Shown here in pieces: positions 43,301 to 55,650 of a DNA stretch of 64,000 bases. The notes below the pieces were generated by a model. That model made no database searches, was not told where the DNA came from, and saw nothing but the letters and a program-made list of their open reading frames with translations. The stretch covers positions 466,958 through 530,957 of the forward strand of contig NMRA01000305.1 in the NCBI GenBank assembly GCA_002633005.1, given 5' to 3'. The position numbers were made by a program, and so were the translations under genes. Position 1 is the stretch's first letter. Each line of letters opens with the position of its first letter. The stretch is from Phoronis australis. Taxonomy: Eukaryota; Animalia; Phoronida.

Positions 43301-46300
43301 CAGACATTTTTTATAGTATTAGAAACTGTCGGAAATTAGTGCCAATATTCATTTCTTATCGATGCTATGCTACCTGTTTCATGAATGGGTAGTTCCCGAC
43401 TAATGTATTTGATGACAGGTTCATGTATGAAGCGCGCGCTTCCTGGCCACATGCTTTTAACACTGGCCAAGCTTTTTATTAGTCTTCGATTCGCGGTTTT
43501 CACGTATACTAAGAAATTCCTGTTGAGGGCGGGAAATATCTACAATACAATCCCCTTGATCGACAAGTACACTAGGTCTGTTCTGAAAGGCCAGACCATA
43601 GTGGGACACATTCCTCACAAGCTCAGCTGCTTTTGTGTTTACTTTGAGGCACAGCAGAAGTTTGAAGAGTATAGTCACAGCTAAATACCAACATAGCGGC
43701 AAGGCTCGTGGCTTACAAATTCTGCGCACAATGATGTTTTTTCAGGAATGTCGGATATTATTGATAAATTGAAGACTTGGCGCTTATTTTAGCAAAGACT
43801 GAAAACACGTGGGGGCGCTTATAGGGGCATGGGCAGTTATTAGGGCGAATACGGTAATTCTACAGGCAAATTCGTTAACAAGTCAGAAGAAGATCGCTCG
43901 CATCTTTGGGTAACAAAATGAGGATCATGCTGCAGCTTTCACATCTCAAGGAAAGTGCAAATTATGAAAAAGCACGAGATATAATCAGTTTTAAAAGAGA
44001 TCCCAAGCAAGATTTATAATTCTTTTAAATCTTAGACTAGGTCCTTAATATGACGACTGCACCACATGGAATTCAATGCCCCATAAATGGGAAAAACACG
44101 CTAACTATTCTTCATAATATATTTATTGGCACAGTGAATCTGAACCTTAAGATTTCGATTGGTTCAGGTTATATAGGTCCAAATCGACAAGTAAGTGAAT
44201 TTAACTCAGAAGCCTAACTGCAGTTTCAAGACTAATGCATGCAAACTCACAATATAGATGGGCTGGTACTCAAGGTTCTGTTCGATCACAGTGGTTTTCA
44301 GCTGACGGATGAAATCGTTCATATTGTCGCATCTTATCGACGAGTCGAAGCCATTCTCCGCCGAGGGCAGGTCATTGGACAGTCGAGACAGAATAGTCTC
44401 GTAGAGCAGTCTCTGTGTGTAGCACTCCACGCAGTTGACCACAACGTGGCAAATCTATGAGAACAAATGCAACGTGCAGTGAAAAAGGGATGTACTAGAC
44501 GGGGAATAAACCCGCACCTTCAGTCAAGAAACGACTTGTAATGGGCAACTTGTCGTCATAAAATCGATCTCATATTGTTCTTCACTCAGATAAGAATTAA
44601 TGATTTCCGTTACGTTTCTGACAGCAACAATGCAGTATTAAGTTCACGTGACTATCAACTATAAAGATTACTGTACACGCGGCCAGACTAACACTTGTTG
44701 TGTTACAAAGAAGCCCCGATGTTTGGACTGACTTTAACTAACAACTAACAAAGAAGCCCCGATGTTTGGACTGACTTTAACTAACAACTAACAACACATG
44801 ATTATGTTATTATAAATCAGCACAGTGGTATCGAACAGAGATCTTGTCAGGCTAACTATAAGTCACGTGATGTGGCAAACCTATGGTGCATATGAAGACT
44901 GACAATTCTCACTTTAATAAATTAACAACATGGTAATTTCTAGATTTGAGAACTGACATCTCGCTATTGCTTCAGACAAGCTTCATGAAGTTTGTTACAA
45001 TCAATTAGCATCTTCCCCCAAACCAGTATGGCCGCCGGGGAAATTCTTAGGATTTTGGAACAACCGATTTTAATTCAAGGAAAGAATATCAACCCGATCA
45101 TTATGACGTTGCTTGAAAAGAGCAAATACCCATGTGAAGAGAATCGTGTTTTTACACACAAACATGGTTCGTGGGAGATTTAAATAACAGAAAGGTCGGA
45201 AGAATTTGACTACATTATGTCAGAGCATGCTGGTGTGGTGCTGAGAACAAACTTATATTTAGCAAGTAACCCCACATAATACTACCTTATACCATATAGT
45301 ATGCACACGTAGCCTCATGAACCTGTTACAATACTACCTTGCACCATATAGTATGCACACGCTTAGCCTCATGCACCTGTTACAACACAATGGAATGACC
45401 AATGACAAGAAAAGAGGAAAATTTTCCAGGTGAATCATTCCAAAAATAAATAGGCTCGTGTCATAGAAATATATTTCGAGTTGTAAAGTTTAACTGAAAT
45501 AAACGTTTTTGCAAGAATAAAGTCAAAACGATGATGAAAAGAGATGAAAAAAGAGGAAACTGGAAATCAAATAAAGAGGAAATCGAAACTAAAACAGGGA
45601 AAATCGCCTTAAAAGAGGAAAATTCCGAGCCCTAACATATATCTGATATAATGTAATTTTTCAAAGAAATGTGTTTGCTCAAGTGATTCGTGCCTAAATC
45701 TAAATGGTAGACACAACATAAGAAAATCAAACCTAAGTTGGATTTGGAACTTTATGTAAGTATCCCAAACATCGCCGGAGATGTACCAAACGCTTGCCAT
45801 GATTCACTAAAACAGAAATTTTTGAATATTAAAAAAACTGGAACTTTTTTCCTATAAAAATGACATTTGATCTCTATGCTAATAATGTTCATAGAAAACA
45901 TAACATCAACTCGTACTTGGTAATCATTCCATTTCAGAATTACTGCTCCTTTATATTGTCTGTGAGTATGACTGAGTGAAGGACTTGTGAAAAAATAAAA
46001 ATTGCACTTGGAGAGTTTGTGGATAAGACCAGACTAACCTTCATCTTGCTTAGCAATGATGTTACCACTAGGGTTTTACCGGTAGCCGTGTGACCGTAGA
46101 TGAACACGCTCTGACAGGCAGGATGTTGATCCTGTAATAAGAGACAATCAATAGCAATAGTAATTTCGATAAAAAAGTAATTGCAAGCGGTCTGGTACAC
46201 CTTGTACCTGACGTGTGCTGGCCGCACACATAGGCCCATTGCACTGATCACCTGGAAACAGTTTTATGCTTCATTAATACATATATATTTTATATATTCC

Positions 46301-47534
46301 ACACACAGAGATAAGAGAACAAACAAGAGTCATGGACATAATCAAGACAATTCTGAAATTGAAACGGAGGTGGGGCAGACACGTGGCCAGAGCACAGGAC
46401 AACAGATGGACAAAAAGATGTACAGAGTGGCAACCCAGATATGGAAAGAGATCAAGAGGACGGCCCCAAGCCAGATGGAGAGTGACATCGTGAAAACGAT
46501 AGGCACAACATGGATGAGAGCAGCAAGAGACACAACAAGTTGGAAGGCATTGTCGGAGGGCTACATCCTGCAGTGGATGGACAACGCCTAGATGAGATGA
46601 GACGAGAATATACTGAGAGAATGTTTACAAATATAAAAAGGAAATATCAAAAATGAGCACAAAGAGTGAGAAAGAAAAATTTCTGTGCTGACCTATCCAT
46701 CACAGAGACACAGTAAGTATTTTAAGGACAGTCTAAGCATTCATCTTCACCGTGGCAACACAATAAGTTAGAAGAGTGAGATCTCAACAGAAACAAACAG
46801 CAACAAATATAAATTCACTGATAGCGAGGTCCGCACTGCAGAGCTTCACAAAACAACACAAAATGTTTGAAAATTTGTAGTAAGCTTGTGAGCCTCGAAA
46901 ATCAAAAGAAAAATCCAAACCGTAGATCTGGGGATGAGATGAGGGGAGATCACCCCAGTCAGCACGCCTGAGAGGGTCCAGACCCACGAGGGAGAGGACA
47001 GCAGGAACACTAAATTGTCGGCAACCTTGGGGATGCCCATAACCTCTGGCATGCCACTGTTGATAGGGGCGGACTCGGGATTTTTTAAAAGGGGGGGGAT
47101 CGAATCAATGATTATTTAAAAAGGGGTCCAAGTCAAGAAGTTAAAATTCTACATTTGATATCACTAAACCAAGTGCAAAAAGGGAGGCCCAGACTCCCCT
47201 GCCTATAGTTGATATTGGCAATTATTAAAACAAGATTTCTGATGAAGATGGTTTGCACATCTGTGAAGGTAGTTGATGCGTTTAACACCAGAACACAATA
47301 AGTTCTAGCGATTTCATAATATATATACACCATTTCCATCAAGCATTTTACAAAAAAATTTGCCCAGCACAAGAGTGTAGACATATGAAAAATAAAAAAA
47401 TTGAGCAGAGTACATAGCAACACAGGACCACCAAAGTCTCATGAGTTTACCTGACCAAATAAGGAAGCCAAAGTATCAATCTCAGTCTTCCTACATGGGA
47501 TCTGTGAATAAATGTCCTCCAGTTGTCCATCCAT
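31373..47534 (-). CDS. ORC5: Origin recognition complex subunit 5, complete, 447 aa
   Basis: 13 GT-AG coding exons in frame: 47534-47451, 46131-46039, 44454-44251, 41363-41289, 40482-40371, 39444-39314, 37078-37030, 36429-36268, 35059-34947, 34238-34188, 32785-32675, 31757-31645, 31418-31373 (1344 nt). Walker [87 protein letters not shown]-terminus [11 protein letters not shown]. Confidence 0.96.
32762..33050. repeat. 85-bp tandem repeat made of the ORC5 exon-11 acceptor plus exon start; more decayed copies extend to ~33400
   Basis: GGGGCCCAGCAGCTG starts at 32762, 32847, 32932 and 33017. Confidence 0.9.
35632..36200 (-). mobile_element. CR1/L2-group LINE fragment (end of ORF2)
   Basis: [14 protein letters not shown]...[39 protein letters not shown], with disrupted RT-thumb-like sequence upstream. 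Confidence 0.75.
36575..36700 (+). mobile_element. Second tRNA-derived SINE-like family fragment
   Basis: B box GGTCGTGGGTTCGAGTCCC, followed by GATGTGGCCAACAGGTGGC.TGCAGACCAGA, which recurs at ~33851-33881. Confidence 0.55.
39680..40370. repeat. ~79-bp degenerate tandem repeat made of the ORC5 exon-5 3' end plus donor, ~8 copies
   Basis: Unit TTACCCCATCTGTAGTCAGAGAAGTGAACTAAAGGGTCTGTGAACC..GTTACGGACCTTGT resembles exon/donor TTACCTCTGCTGTAGTCAGTGAAGTGAAGCACCAAAGGGTCTGTGAAGCC..GTTACGGAATTTGTCCCA. Confidence 0.88.
41690..42200 (+). mobile_element. Penelope-like retroelement 3' fragment (GIY-YIG endonuclease plus terminal-repeat region)
   Basis: [30 protein letters not shown] is a Penelope-type GIY-YIG signature; a hammerhead-like core lies downstream at 42149-42180. 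Confidence 0.8.
42140..42186 (+). ncRNA. Minimal hammerhead-ribozyme-like motif in the Penelope fragment (probably a relic)
   Basis: CTGATGA-T-GTCT(aatgaaa)AGAC-GAAA-CGTT: both core boxes, a 4-bp stem II and a palindromic AACGTT; stem I is weak. Confidence 0.55.
42424..43856. mobile_element. Second full-length copy of the TA-flanked TIR element, opposite orientation, in ORC5 intron
   Basis: TA-CCGTATTCGCCCTAATAACCACCCA ... TGGGCAGTTATTAGGGCGAATACGG-TA; the interior is the reverse complement of 19487-20977. Confidence 0.88.
46178..46275 (-). mobile_element. 3' fragment of the same SINE family
   Basis: TTGCAAGCGGTCTGGTACAC...GGCCCATTGCACTGATCACCTGGAAA matches ~18104-18195. Confidence 0.7.
46340..46606 (+). 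mobile_element. RTE-clade LINE 3' end
   Basis: Frameshifted [31 protein letters not shown] / [21 protein letters not shown], then a short (GATGA)n tail. Confidence 0.75.
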
Positions 47535-48542
47535 TGTATTTAAATCTGAAAACAAAAGAAGACAGCAAATGAACAATACATGAACATTTCTCTCTGCAGT
47601 TAAATATGGCTAAAGCCTTCTTTGGAGATCCAGCCTGTATATTTGAAGTTGTAAATTTAATTTTTTGCTTAGCGAAATTTCATTTATATAGGCAAAGACC
47701 GCAAAAGAATAATCCCAATTTTCAGTCATTTTTACGCGAGGTATGTGATTATCACAGCCTGAAATAAATTATTTACAATTATAAATTGGATCCTGAGAGA
47801 TTCCAGGCAAGGTGGTCTTCTATTTTGCCTAGCAATTAGCTTTTATATGGTTCGATAATGTTTCTAATTTGTTAGATGTACACGACTACATTTCATATTG
47901 CTGTACAACTATTTACTGCTTGATTGGATTAATAAATGTTCTACCTCAAAAAAATACATGAATACGTACAGCACCCCCCTCCCAAGTCGTTTCAGTTCAG
48001 GTTCACTTGATTTACTAAATATTGAAAGAACTTTGAATATATAAGTGTTCTCTCAGTCATCAAGTGTTGGTCTTGATTTATCTTTGCTTCAGTTCTGAAA
48101 GTTGTAAAGGAGCTGGTGGTATCTGATTAATTGCAGAATGAATCTTGGTAGTGGAGTTTCGGCTTGACCTAGTTACGACCATTGCGTGAAGAGAAACCAT
48201 GAAGTTAAGCGAAATGAATGAATTTTTAATCAAAACAAAAACTTTCTGTGGTGAATTTAGAAGCTATTGAGAAAGTTTTGCATACTCTTTTTCATCATAA
48301 AACAGTTTGAGAGGTAACAGCACGAATTTTGATGAGTTTATTGTTAGAGATGCAAACTACAGTACAAGAATTAAAGGCTGCTGTGTTATTAGACAGAGAT
48401 CATTGTCTCTACTGGCGCTACCAGAGGCAGTGGAGACAGTGGAGCTCCTATAGGCGCTTCATACGCCAGAAGCTTTTTGGCAAATTATGCTTTTCATTGA
48501 CTAAAACATCAAAGTCATGTTGATGGAAATACTTTTTGCGCT

Positions 48543-48851
48543 TAGAGGGACACCTTCGGAGGCCGTCAATGTATTTAATTCCTTCCAACTCGAACAAATA
48601 CTTCCGTTATCAAACTTTTTCTTCCAGCAGTCCCTCGTTCAGTTCCCAAAATTGGTAACTCGCCATTTTCACTCTGCACACGCCAGGGGATATGACGTCA
48701 TACCACAAGCAGCTCCCAGTGTTAAAAATGGTGAGTTACCGATTTTGGGAAGAGAGACTGCTCAAAGAAAAAGTTTGATAACGCCAACGGGAGTATTTGT
48801 TAGAGTTGGAAGGAATTAAATACACTGACGGAGTTCTAGGGTGTCCCACTA
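48543..48851. mobile_element. Fold-back MITE-like element with ~135 bp imperfect inverted arms
   Basis: TAGAGGGACACC..CCGTCAATGTATTTAATTCCTTCCAACTC.. at the left pairs with ..GAGTTGGAAGGAATTAAATACACTGACGG..GGTGTCCCACTA at the right; the spacer is short. Confidence 0.8.
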
Positions 48852-51800
48852 TGGTATTTATAACAACGTGACTTTGACAACAAAGCGACTTTGACACCAA
48901 CGTAACTTTGACGTTTTAGTCAGTGCGAGGCATAATTCGCATAGGCCCCGGGCAAGCCAGCCAGCTAGCCAGCTGGTGTATGAACTTGAAGACTGTCGTC
49001 AATGTACAGCTTTGACTTTGTGCCAAGGCTAGCCCCGGGCCTGACTGCAGTCAACTGCCTCACCTATGGGGAAATTGAAAACAAGGGCTCTCATCCAAGA
49101 GCAGTGTATTATTTGAACACAACAGACAACTACCAGGAGGTTTCTACAACACGTACTGGCTTGCAAAGCACAGGCGAGTTCACCTCAGCGACCACAACAC
49201 GCACTCCATACTTCCCGCGACGCATGCGCATTGGATGTTATTTCCTCCAGGTGATGGGTGATCGGAGGAACACTTTGAGGGACCTCCCGGCTGGCCAGGA
49301 CATTGTTGTTAGCTAGCCTGAGGGTCTCCGTTTTTGCAGCATAGGTCGTCTAAACGCACTTGAAAACGTGCACTTAAGAATTGCAGGAAGAGATAACCTC
49401 ATGGTAATTCATGCATGTGTTTCGAAAAGCCGAGAACATTTTAAATTCACATAAAACAATGTTGCTATTTGAACTTAGTTGCAAAACTATATTTTTCCAG
49501 AGGCTCCTGTAATAGTATTGTGATTTTTACTGGAACTACACTTACCTTATATGGCACGATTAGTTAGAATGGTTTATTATATAACTCTTGCCAAACAGTT
49601 CTATGAAATGTGACTCATATGCATGTGGTCTTGTGTATTGCAAAAACATGTTGTTGTACAGTAGTTAGTCAGTCCCCAATAAAGTAGTATTCAAGTAAAG
49701 ACGTCTTCTTCACTCCTCTCTCCACAAGACATTACAGCTCCTACGAATGACGGAGACGACTGTCGGTCTATTTTTTCCCCTAAATTGTATATAACTTGAG
49801 AAAAATTCCCTGACAAAATAACATCAATTGCCGCGCATTTCCTGATCTTTGAAAATATCTTTTCACTTAGGCCCTTGAAGGGGTCCATTGATGACATTCA
49901 AGTGACTACCCTTTTCCTGTCTTTACTGACAAATTCTTAAGGGACCGCTCACAGAGAAAGGGCCCAATGTTGGCATCAATTACCTATATTTTCCATGCCT
50001 GTTTTGTGTATATCGAACAACCGGCTTTCATGTTGATGAAGGTCTTTTCTTGCAGGGTCACACGACGATAGAATGAACTGTCTCTCTTTTCCATGGTTAG
50101 CCTTTCATCTTTATGTGTCGTAGTTCAAACGGGACCCTCTCTCGGTGGGGCGGTTCAGGGGAATTGCCCCTTTGTCCCTCTGTAGGCCTACATGTAAATC
50201 CGACACTGGCGGCCAAGTGCGAGGGGAAGTTGAGATTCCAAATTCATTAAAAACACAAAACATTCGTGCACAACACAGCAGTATCCAAGACATTCCACAA
50301 AAAAATGTGAAAAATACAATAAGATTGACCGCTTTCGAAAAGGTGAAATTTTGAAGAACGTGGAGACCACTATTTGTGAATTACACAAAATGACTATTTC
50401 CGACGGTTATTTATAACATTATGTTACTTTTTCCCATAGTATCACAAGATTAGTATTTCTTTTGAAGATCGTTACTAAGAGTTGTTTGTAAGTCATTCGC
50501 ACATATCGAAAAGGCTGTCGGGGCTACGATTTGTGACGATTGGGTACTCAAAGTACTCCCAAAAAGTATCATAAATAAAGATTTCAGCGGGTTTTTTTGG
50601 AGTTCAAGTTTAAGTCGTGAATGGTTATAGGTACCTCAAAATTGAACAAAGATGCACCTTACTACGAATGCCCCGTTTCCCATGTTCCCCGGGTTACCCC
50701 TCAAAAATCGGCAAGCATTCCTGCGGAAATTGCTTACAACATTCCGTTTTTATAAACAAATTCGTTGGTTTCTGATATACATGTTTATGTATCTAGGAAA
50801 ATCGACTGATTGATAGATAATTTTTGACAATTAGAAGCTAATCGTGTAAGAAATGGCATTGCTTCACTGAACTTAGTTGCAAGCCGACATTGGGAAATTT
50901 CGATCTATCATCATATCCTCAACTAGCAAAGTAGGCTATACTAAACGATATTTGTCTAATTTGTACGTCTCAAGAATACTGAGGAATGTCGGACAGCTGT
51001 ACTTAAAGTTTACAAAAATGTTCTGACAATTCAAATGGCTATAAAATGTTTATTGACTTATAGCAGGAAGAGATAACCATCTCTTCCTGCTTATAGGAAC
51101 TACATCATTCATTGGTTTAAATTCACAGACCGTCGATCGAAAAAGAAGTTAGTCCTTGATGTTTTTTTAATTTCTGTAGCATTGGGCAATGAATGTCTGT
51201 TCTTCAAAATTGAACCGTTGGCTTGCCATTTCCGTGCATACTACACACAGACGAAGCGCGTCGTGACTGACGCACCCCCGTTAAAAATAATATGTGTTAC
51301 CATGCAGTAGGCCCGTGCAGAATCTGAGTGATCCACGGGAACTGAATTTGAACTCCAAGCGTTGAAGTGTGTGTACATTTTGGGACGTAATCTGTATCAT
51401 TTACCACAGCTACCGGAAAAGGGACTACGGGTCGTGTTTCAACAACGAATTTGAAACAGCCGAAAGGCAATACACTAGGGACCTCGATCGGGACTTCACA
51501 TTTTCAAAAAAATCCTTTAAAGATAAACGATCTTTTCCCGAAACTGGGTCATATTAAAACAGTGGCAGCGCAGACGGATATAGGTAGGAGCTCATGCCTG
51601 TCTCAGTTGGCCCACAGGCTCACAGTCCAAATAACAGCACGCGCGTGCTCTGGCCCTTTGGCCTCATTCTCACTCACCGTGAAATTTTAATTGTTGAAAC
51701 ACGTGCCTCAATTTCTGATCAGTGGCTGCCGGTTTTACTCACAAATTTGGCGACAAAGAGAGGGTAGGTGGTGGTGGTAGCGAAGTCTAATTGGTTTGTG

Positions 51801-52599
51801 CCCCCTCCCAATTTCGTCTTATGTACAAATGATCCAGAAAGTTTCACACAATACGGTCAAAGATTTTATAATTACTACACACGCCAAATTGTGACCTTGC
51901 AAGGGGTTTAGTTGATATAAACACAGAAGTGAACAAGAGCAAAGCGAAGCGTTGAAATGCGCCCACGATAGCACTGCAAAAGGTGTGCTTCAATGAGTAT
52001 TTTTAGTTTATAAGAATGTCCATTAGATGCCGCGGCGGAAACTGGGGGTGAGGAGGAGAGGGGGNAGGCGGAGAGGTATCACCATTTGTACTTTTGTATA
52101 CATGTTACGAAGAAAGATTAAACTTGAACGAATGGCTTGTGTATAGTTTTGATGGCTGTCACAAATGTTCAGGTGTTGCTGTAATCTGGAAAGTTTAATT
52201 AACTAAACTAATTAAGTTTCGCTGACGATCAAAATCTACCACTGTTTTGGTATTTCAAGTTTAAAAATAAAATAAAAAGATATCAACCCGTTCCCGGTAA
52301 AAAAACAGGTAGACAGGAGTATTAAAACCAGCATGAAACATATTGTTCCTTTGGGAAATGGTCCTCGGTCAAGACAAACACATCAAATTAACTTTTTAGT
52401 CATTTTATAATATTTAAAATGTAGCAAGCTAAAACTACTCTCCACAATTCCAGGTTATATCTCTGTGCAAATGCCAGAGAAAACCAATTTGGGTGTAATA
52501 ACAACCATCATTGTTGAAACAGTGGAAGCTATTACCTTTCCATTTATTTAGCTCAGATCTACATCAAAACCAAGGGCGAGCTGAATAGGCATCATAAAA

Positions 52600-53266
52600 A
52601 GTGTCTGGGGCTGAGGGAATCTGAGCGGTGACCAGTTGTTGCCGCATCCGACATCCAGGTTCCTGCAGTTTGTGTTGGGTTTGATTTAACTCGAATTTAA
52701 GTGTCAAGGTATTTTTGTCAAACACCTTGACACTCTTGTTGGCCCGGTCTTTGACAATTAACCCACCATCGCCAACTGCTTGCCTCTAACACCCTCATCT
52801 TTTTTTCAGCTTCCCGAGACCTTGCGCAGGCCTAAACCCCCGCTCTACAGCCGATTGAGGGCGAGGTCACGGTGGACAGTGAGTATCTCACGTCGTTCAC
52901 AGTTTATTTGTCAAGCTTCGTCTCAGTTTTTGAACCGAACAATAGTCAATACACCTTTTGATGACGACGAATTTTGTCCATAAGTTGCCTGTTTTTAACT
53001 TCCTCTAAAGTGACCACTCGGTGGTCATTTGTGTCAAGAAAACGAGCTTGTAAACATTCATCTGCAAAAATGTTTCCCGGGTACTGAATACAAATGAATA
53101 CAGCGGCCTCCGGGTTTTTTGGATGTCGCAACAGAAACCGTCCTTTCCCCGCAAAATTTCACTATCAATAGTAACTTCACGCCCCAAATAATTACTTTAC
53201 GCAAGTAATTTAACGATGTAACGTTCACCCATTTTACCAACGAGTCAATTGCTGGTTTAACGCCAT
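52600..53266 (-). pseudogene. Degenerate, internally deleted paralogue of the TRIM-NHL gene at 7041-8990
   Basis: Same ttgcag|ATGGCGT start. Segment TNDHRVVTLEEVKNRQLMDKIRRHQKVY matches TNDHRVVSLEEVKNGQHMDEMRRHQKVY. Region ~52650-52810 aligns by eye with TRIM 8240-8400. Stops and frameshifts are present, and RING and coiled-coil sequence is missing. Left boundary approximate. Confidence 0.85.
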
Positions 53267-54028
53267 CTGCAAAATGAAAGCAGCGATGTTATGAAGACGA
53301 CAACTGTTACACATGACCAAAGATCTTTGACATGACTGACAGGAGGCAGTGTTATGTCAGTTATCAATGAACTCCACACTCGGGCGCTAACATCAATTAA
53401 CGTGCGCTGTTTGCTATGAACTCACCTTCTGTCAAAAAAAAAATTTGATTTAAATCCTTAACCATTTTGAAATTCGCTTCAATCAGAGACGATTTATTGC
53501 CTCGGGAAAACCAAAAGTTTCATTATTGGTTGACAGTAGGTTTTTACGCCTGTCACCACTTCACTTTCGGCGGGGGATAAAAATACCCCTTTTTGCCTTT
53601 TCACGGGGTTTAAACTTGATTAATTTTCACCTGGCCGTGAAAAAATACATCTCATTGTTATTCATAACGTGCAGCTGGATGGATATTCGAAGGAAGGTTG
53701 GTGCTTTTCAACGATTTGATAGAATTTAACCTGGTACAGAAGCCTCATATACAGAGCCATGGCAAGTAATACCGTATTAAATGTATTCAACTAAAAAGTT
53801 TACTAGACACAATTTTATATTCTACCGAATCGCCAGAATCCAACATCGGGGGAATGGATTGAATAAAAAACATCGGATTTTCTATTTTAAGATTTTGGTC
53901 AAAAGTAATAATTTCAAGAAGTCTATCCTAACAAATAAAATAATACGCCCAAAAACGTTTTTCGGCCTTCGTTGAAGTTCATGCAGTGCCATCTATCGTT
54001 GTTTTGGTTTTTGTCATTTTTTTAATAC

Positions 54029-55650
54029 TTAAAGGGGAATGCCATCCGATTTAATTAGTCTTTTTTACCGTCTTAATCGGTCTATATCTACATCGCCTCT
54101 TATACGGTCGACCATACCTTGCCGAGAGCTGTCGCGTTAACCTGTGAGGAAGGTGAGAAACGACGCAGCGACGTCAGTGGTTCGTCTGCAGAGTGAATGC
54201 CGCTACATTGCGGTGCATCGTTCCCGCTTGTCCGAACTACGAAGCTGCGAAGAAAGCGGGTATATCGTTTTTTCGACTTCCTCGAGAGCCCGAAATGCTT
54301 AGGAAGTGGCTCGCGGTAGTGAAGAATGAAAGGTAAGCTGTATGATGCCGTGAAACATCTCCGTGTCTGTGCCGGGCCGGCAGTTCGTCCACAGTGATTT
54401 CTCTGACGAATTCCGGCTTACCAAACAACTATCCATACGTTCCGTGACTGTGCATGTTCACGGTGCCTCCCTAGTATTTCTTGAGCAGTGTATTCAGGTT
54501 CGAACTGATAGCCTGTGAAACCTAACGATCCGACCCGTGTAGTCTTCGTCGGATCAGCTCTTGACTAAGTCGGGATTGGTGTCGGGCGAGTTGCCATGTA
54601 GACGTTTATCATTCTGCGTTCTGTTTCAAAATGAATTATTCTCATCCTAACCAATGCTTATATGAAACTGAAACAAAGTCTGTCTCATTAGATACAATTT
54701 GTAATGCCTTGAAGTGGTCGGGAGTGCAAATGCCAGTTTTGAGAAGCCAGCAATGAATAAACCACTGCCGGCTTTTGATGTCGGCAATACAGGTAACTGA
54801 CCGGGCACCGAGGCCGCGTGAGCACATGCTAATTCAGTGTTTGCTGACAGAAAGGTGTTGTGAAACAATTACTCGATTTTATATGCTATGGTCACATGTT
54901 AGGGGAATCTTTATTTAGAAATATAAATACATTATTCAAATCATTGTTACTGTACAATCTTTGCCCTGACGGTCTGTGAAAGGGGAAATCGACTTCGCGG
55001 CCCCCGACAAGTGAGTAGATTTTCAGTTTCGTGGCTAATTCACATAAATAATTGCGTGCGCATTATTGCTTTGGGTCACTATTACAGTCCTTTCGTGACT
55101 GGAGGTTTAGTTTCCAACTCAAGCTGGTTTATGTTCGTACCAGTCCCGGCGGCCGCGAAGGGCCTGATCGGATTCCAAACTCAAAAAATCACAAGTATAA
55201 ACAATACAGATCTAGGTTCTCCTGTCTGTATTTCAGGGAAGAATACTTCGAATTTATCTCCGAACAGACCCCGAACTCCTGCTACGGACCTTGGTAAATT
55301 GGCCTGCCGAACTTGTAGGCTGCGGTGTGTCCAAATACCAGTAAATCAGTAGGCAGCGAAATAAAACAACACGTTTTTACAAGAACTCGGTGTATTTTTA
55401 AGGGTTTTGCATCGAAGTTGATTTATTGGTGTTAAACGATAAATTCAAGCGATAAGCTGACACCCCTAACCCGTGTTGTGAACTGCTGAACAGACGGCGT
55501 ATAAAACCAATTAGGTCGTTGGATAATTTCAATACCTCCGTTTGCCGTCAGGTTTCAGGTAACGCAATCGAACCTGCCGCTATCAAGTAGAACTACTCGA
55601 TCTAAACTGATACAAAATAGGTTGTTTTTTGGGGTGGCATTCTCCTTTAA
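54029..55650. mobile_element. Non-autonomous TTAA-flanked TIR element, Kolobok-like
   Basis: TTAA-AGGGGAATGCCATCC ... GGGTGGCATTCTCCT-TTAA. A TTAA duplication with purine-purine termini is characteristic of Kolobok. Second partial copy at 57718-58896. Confidence 0.8.
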
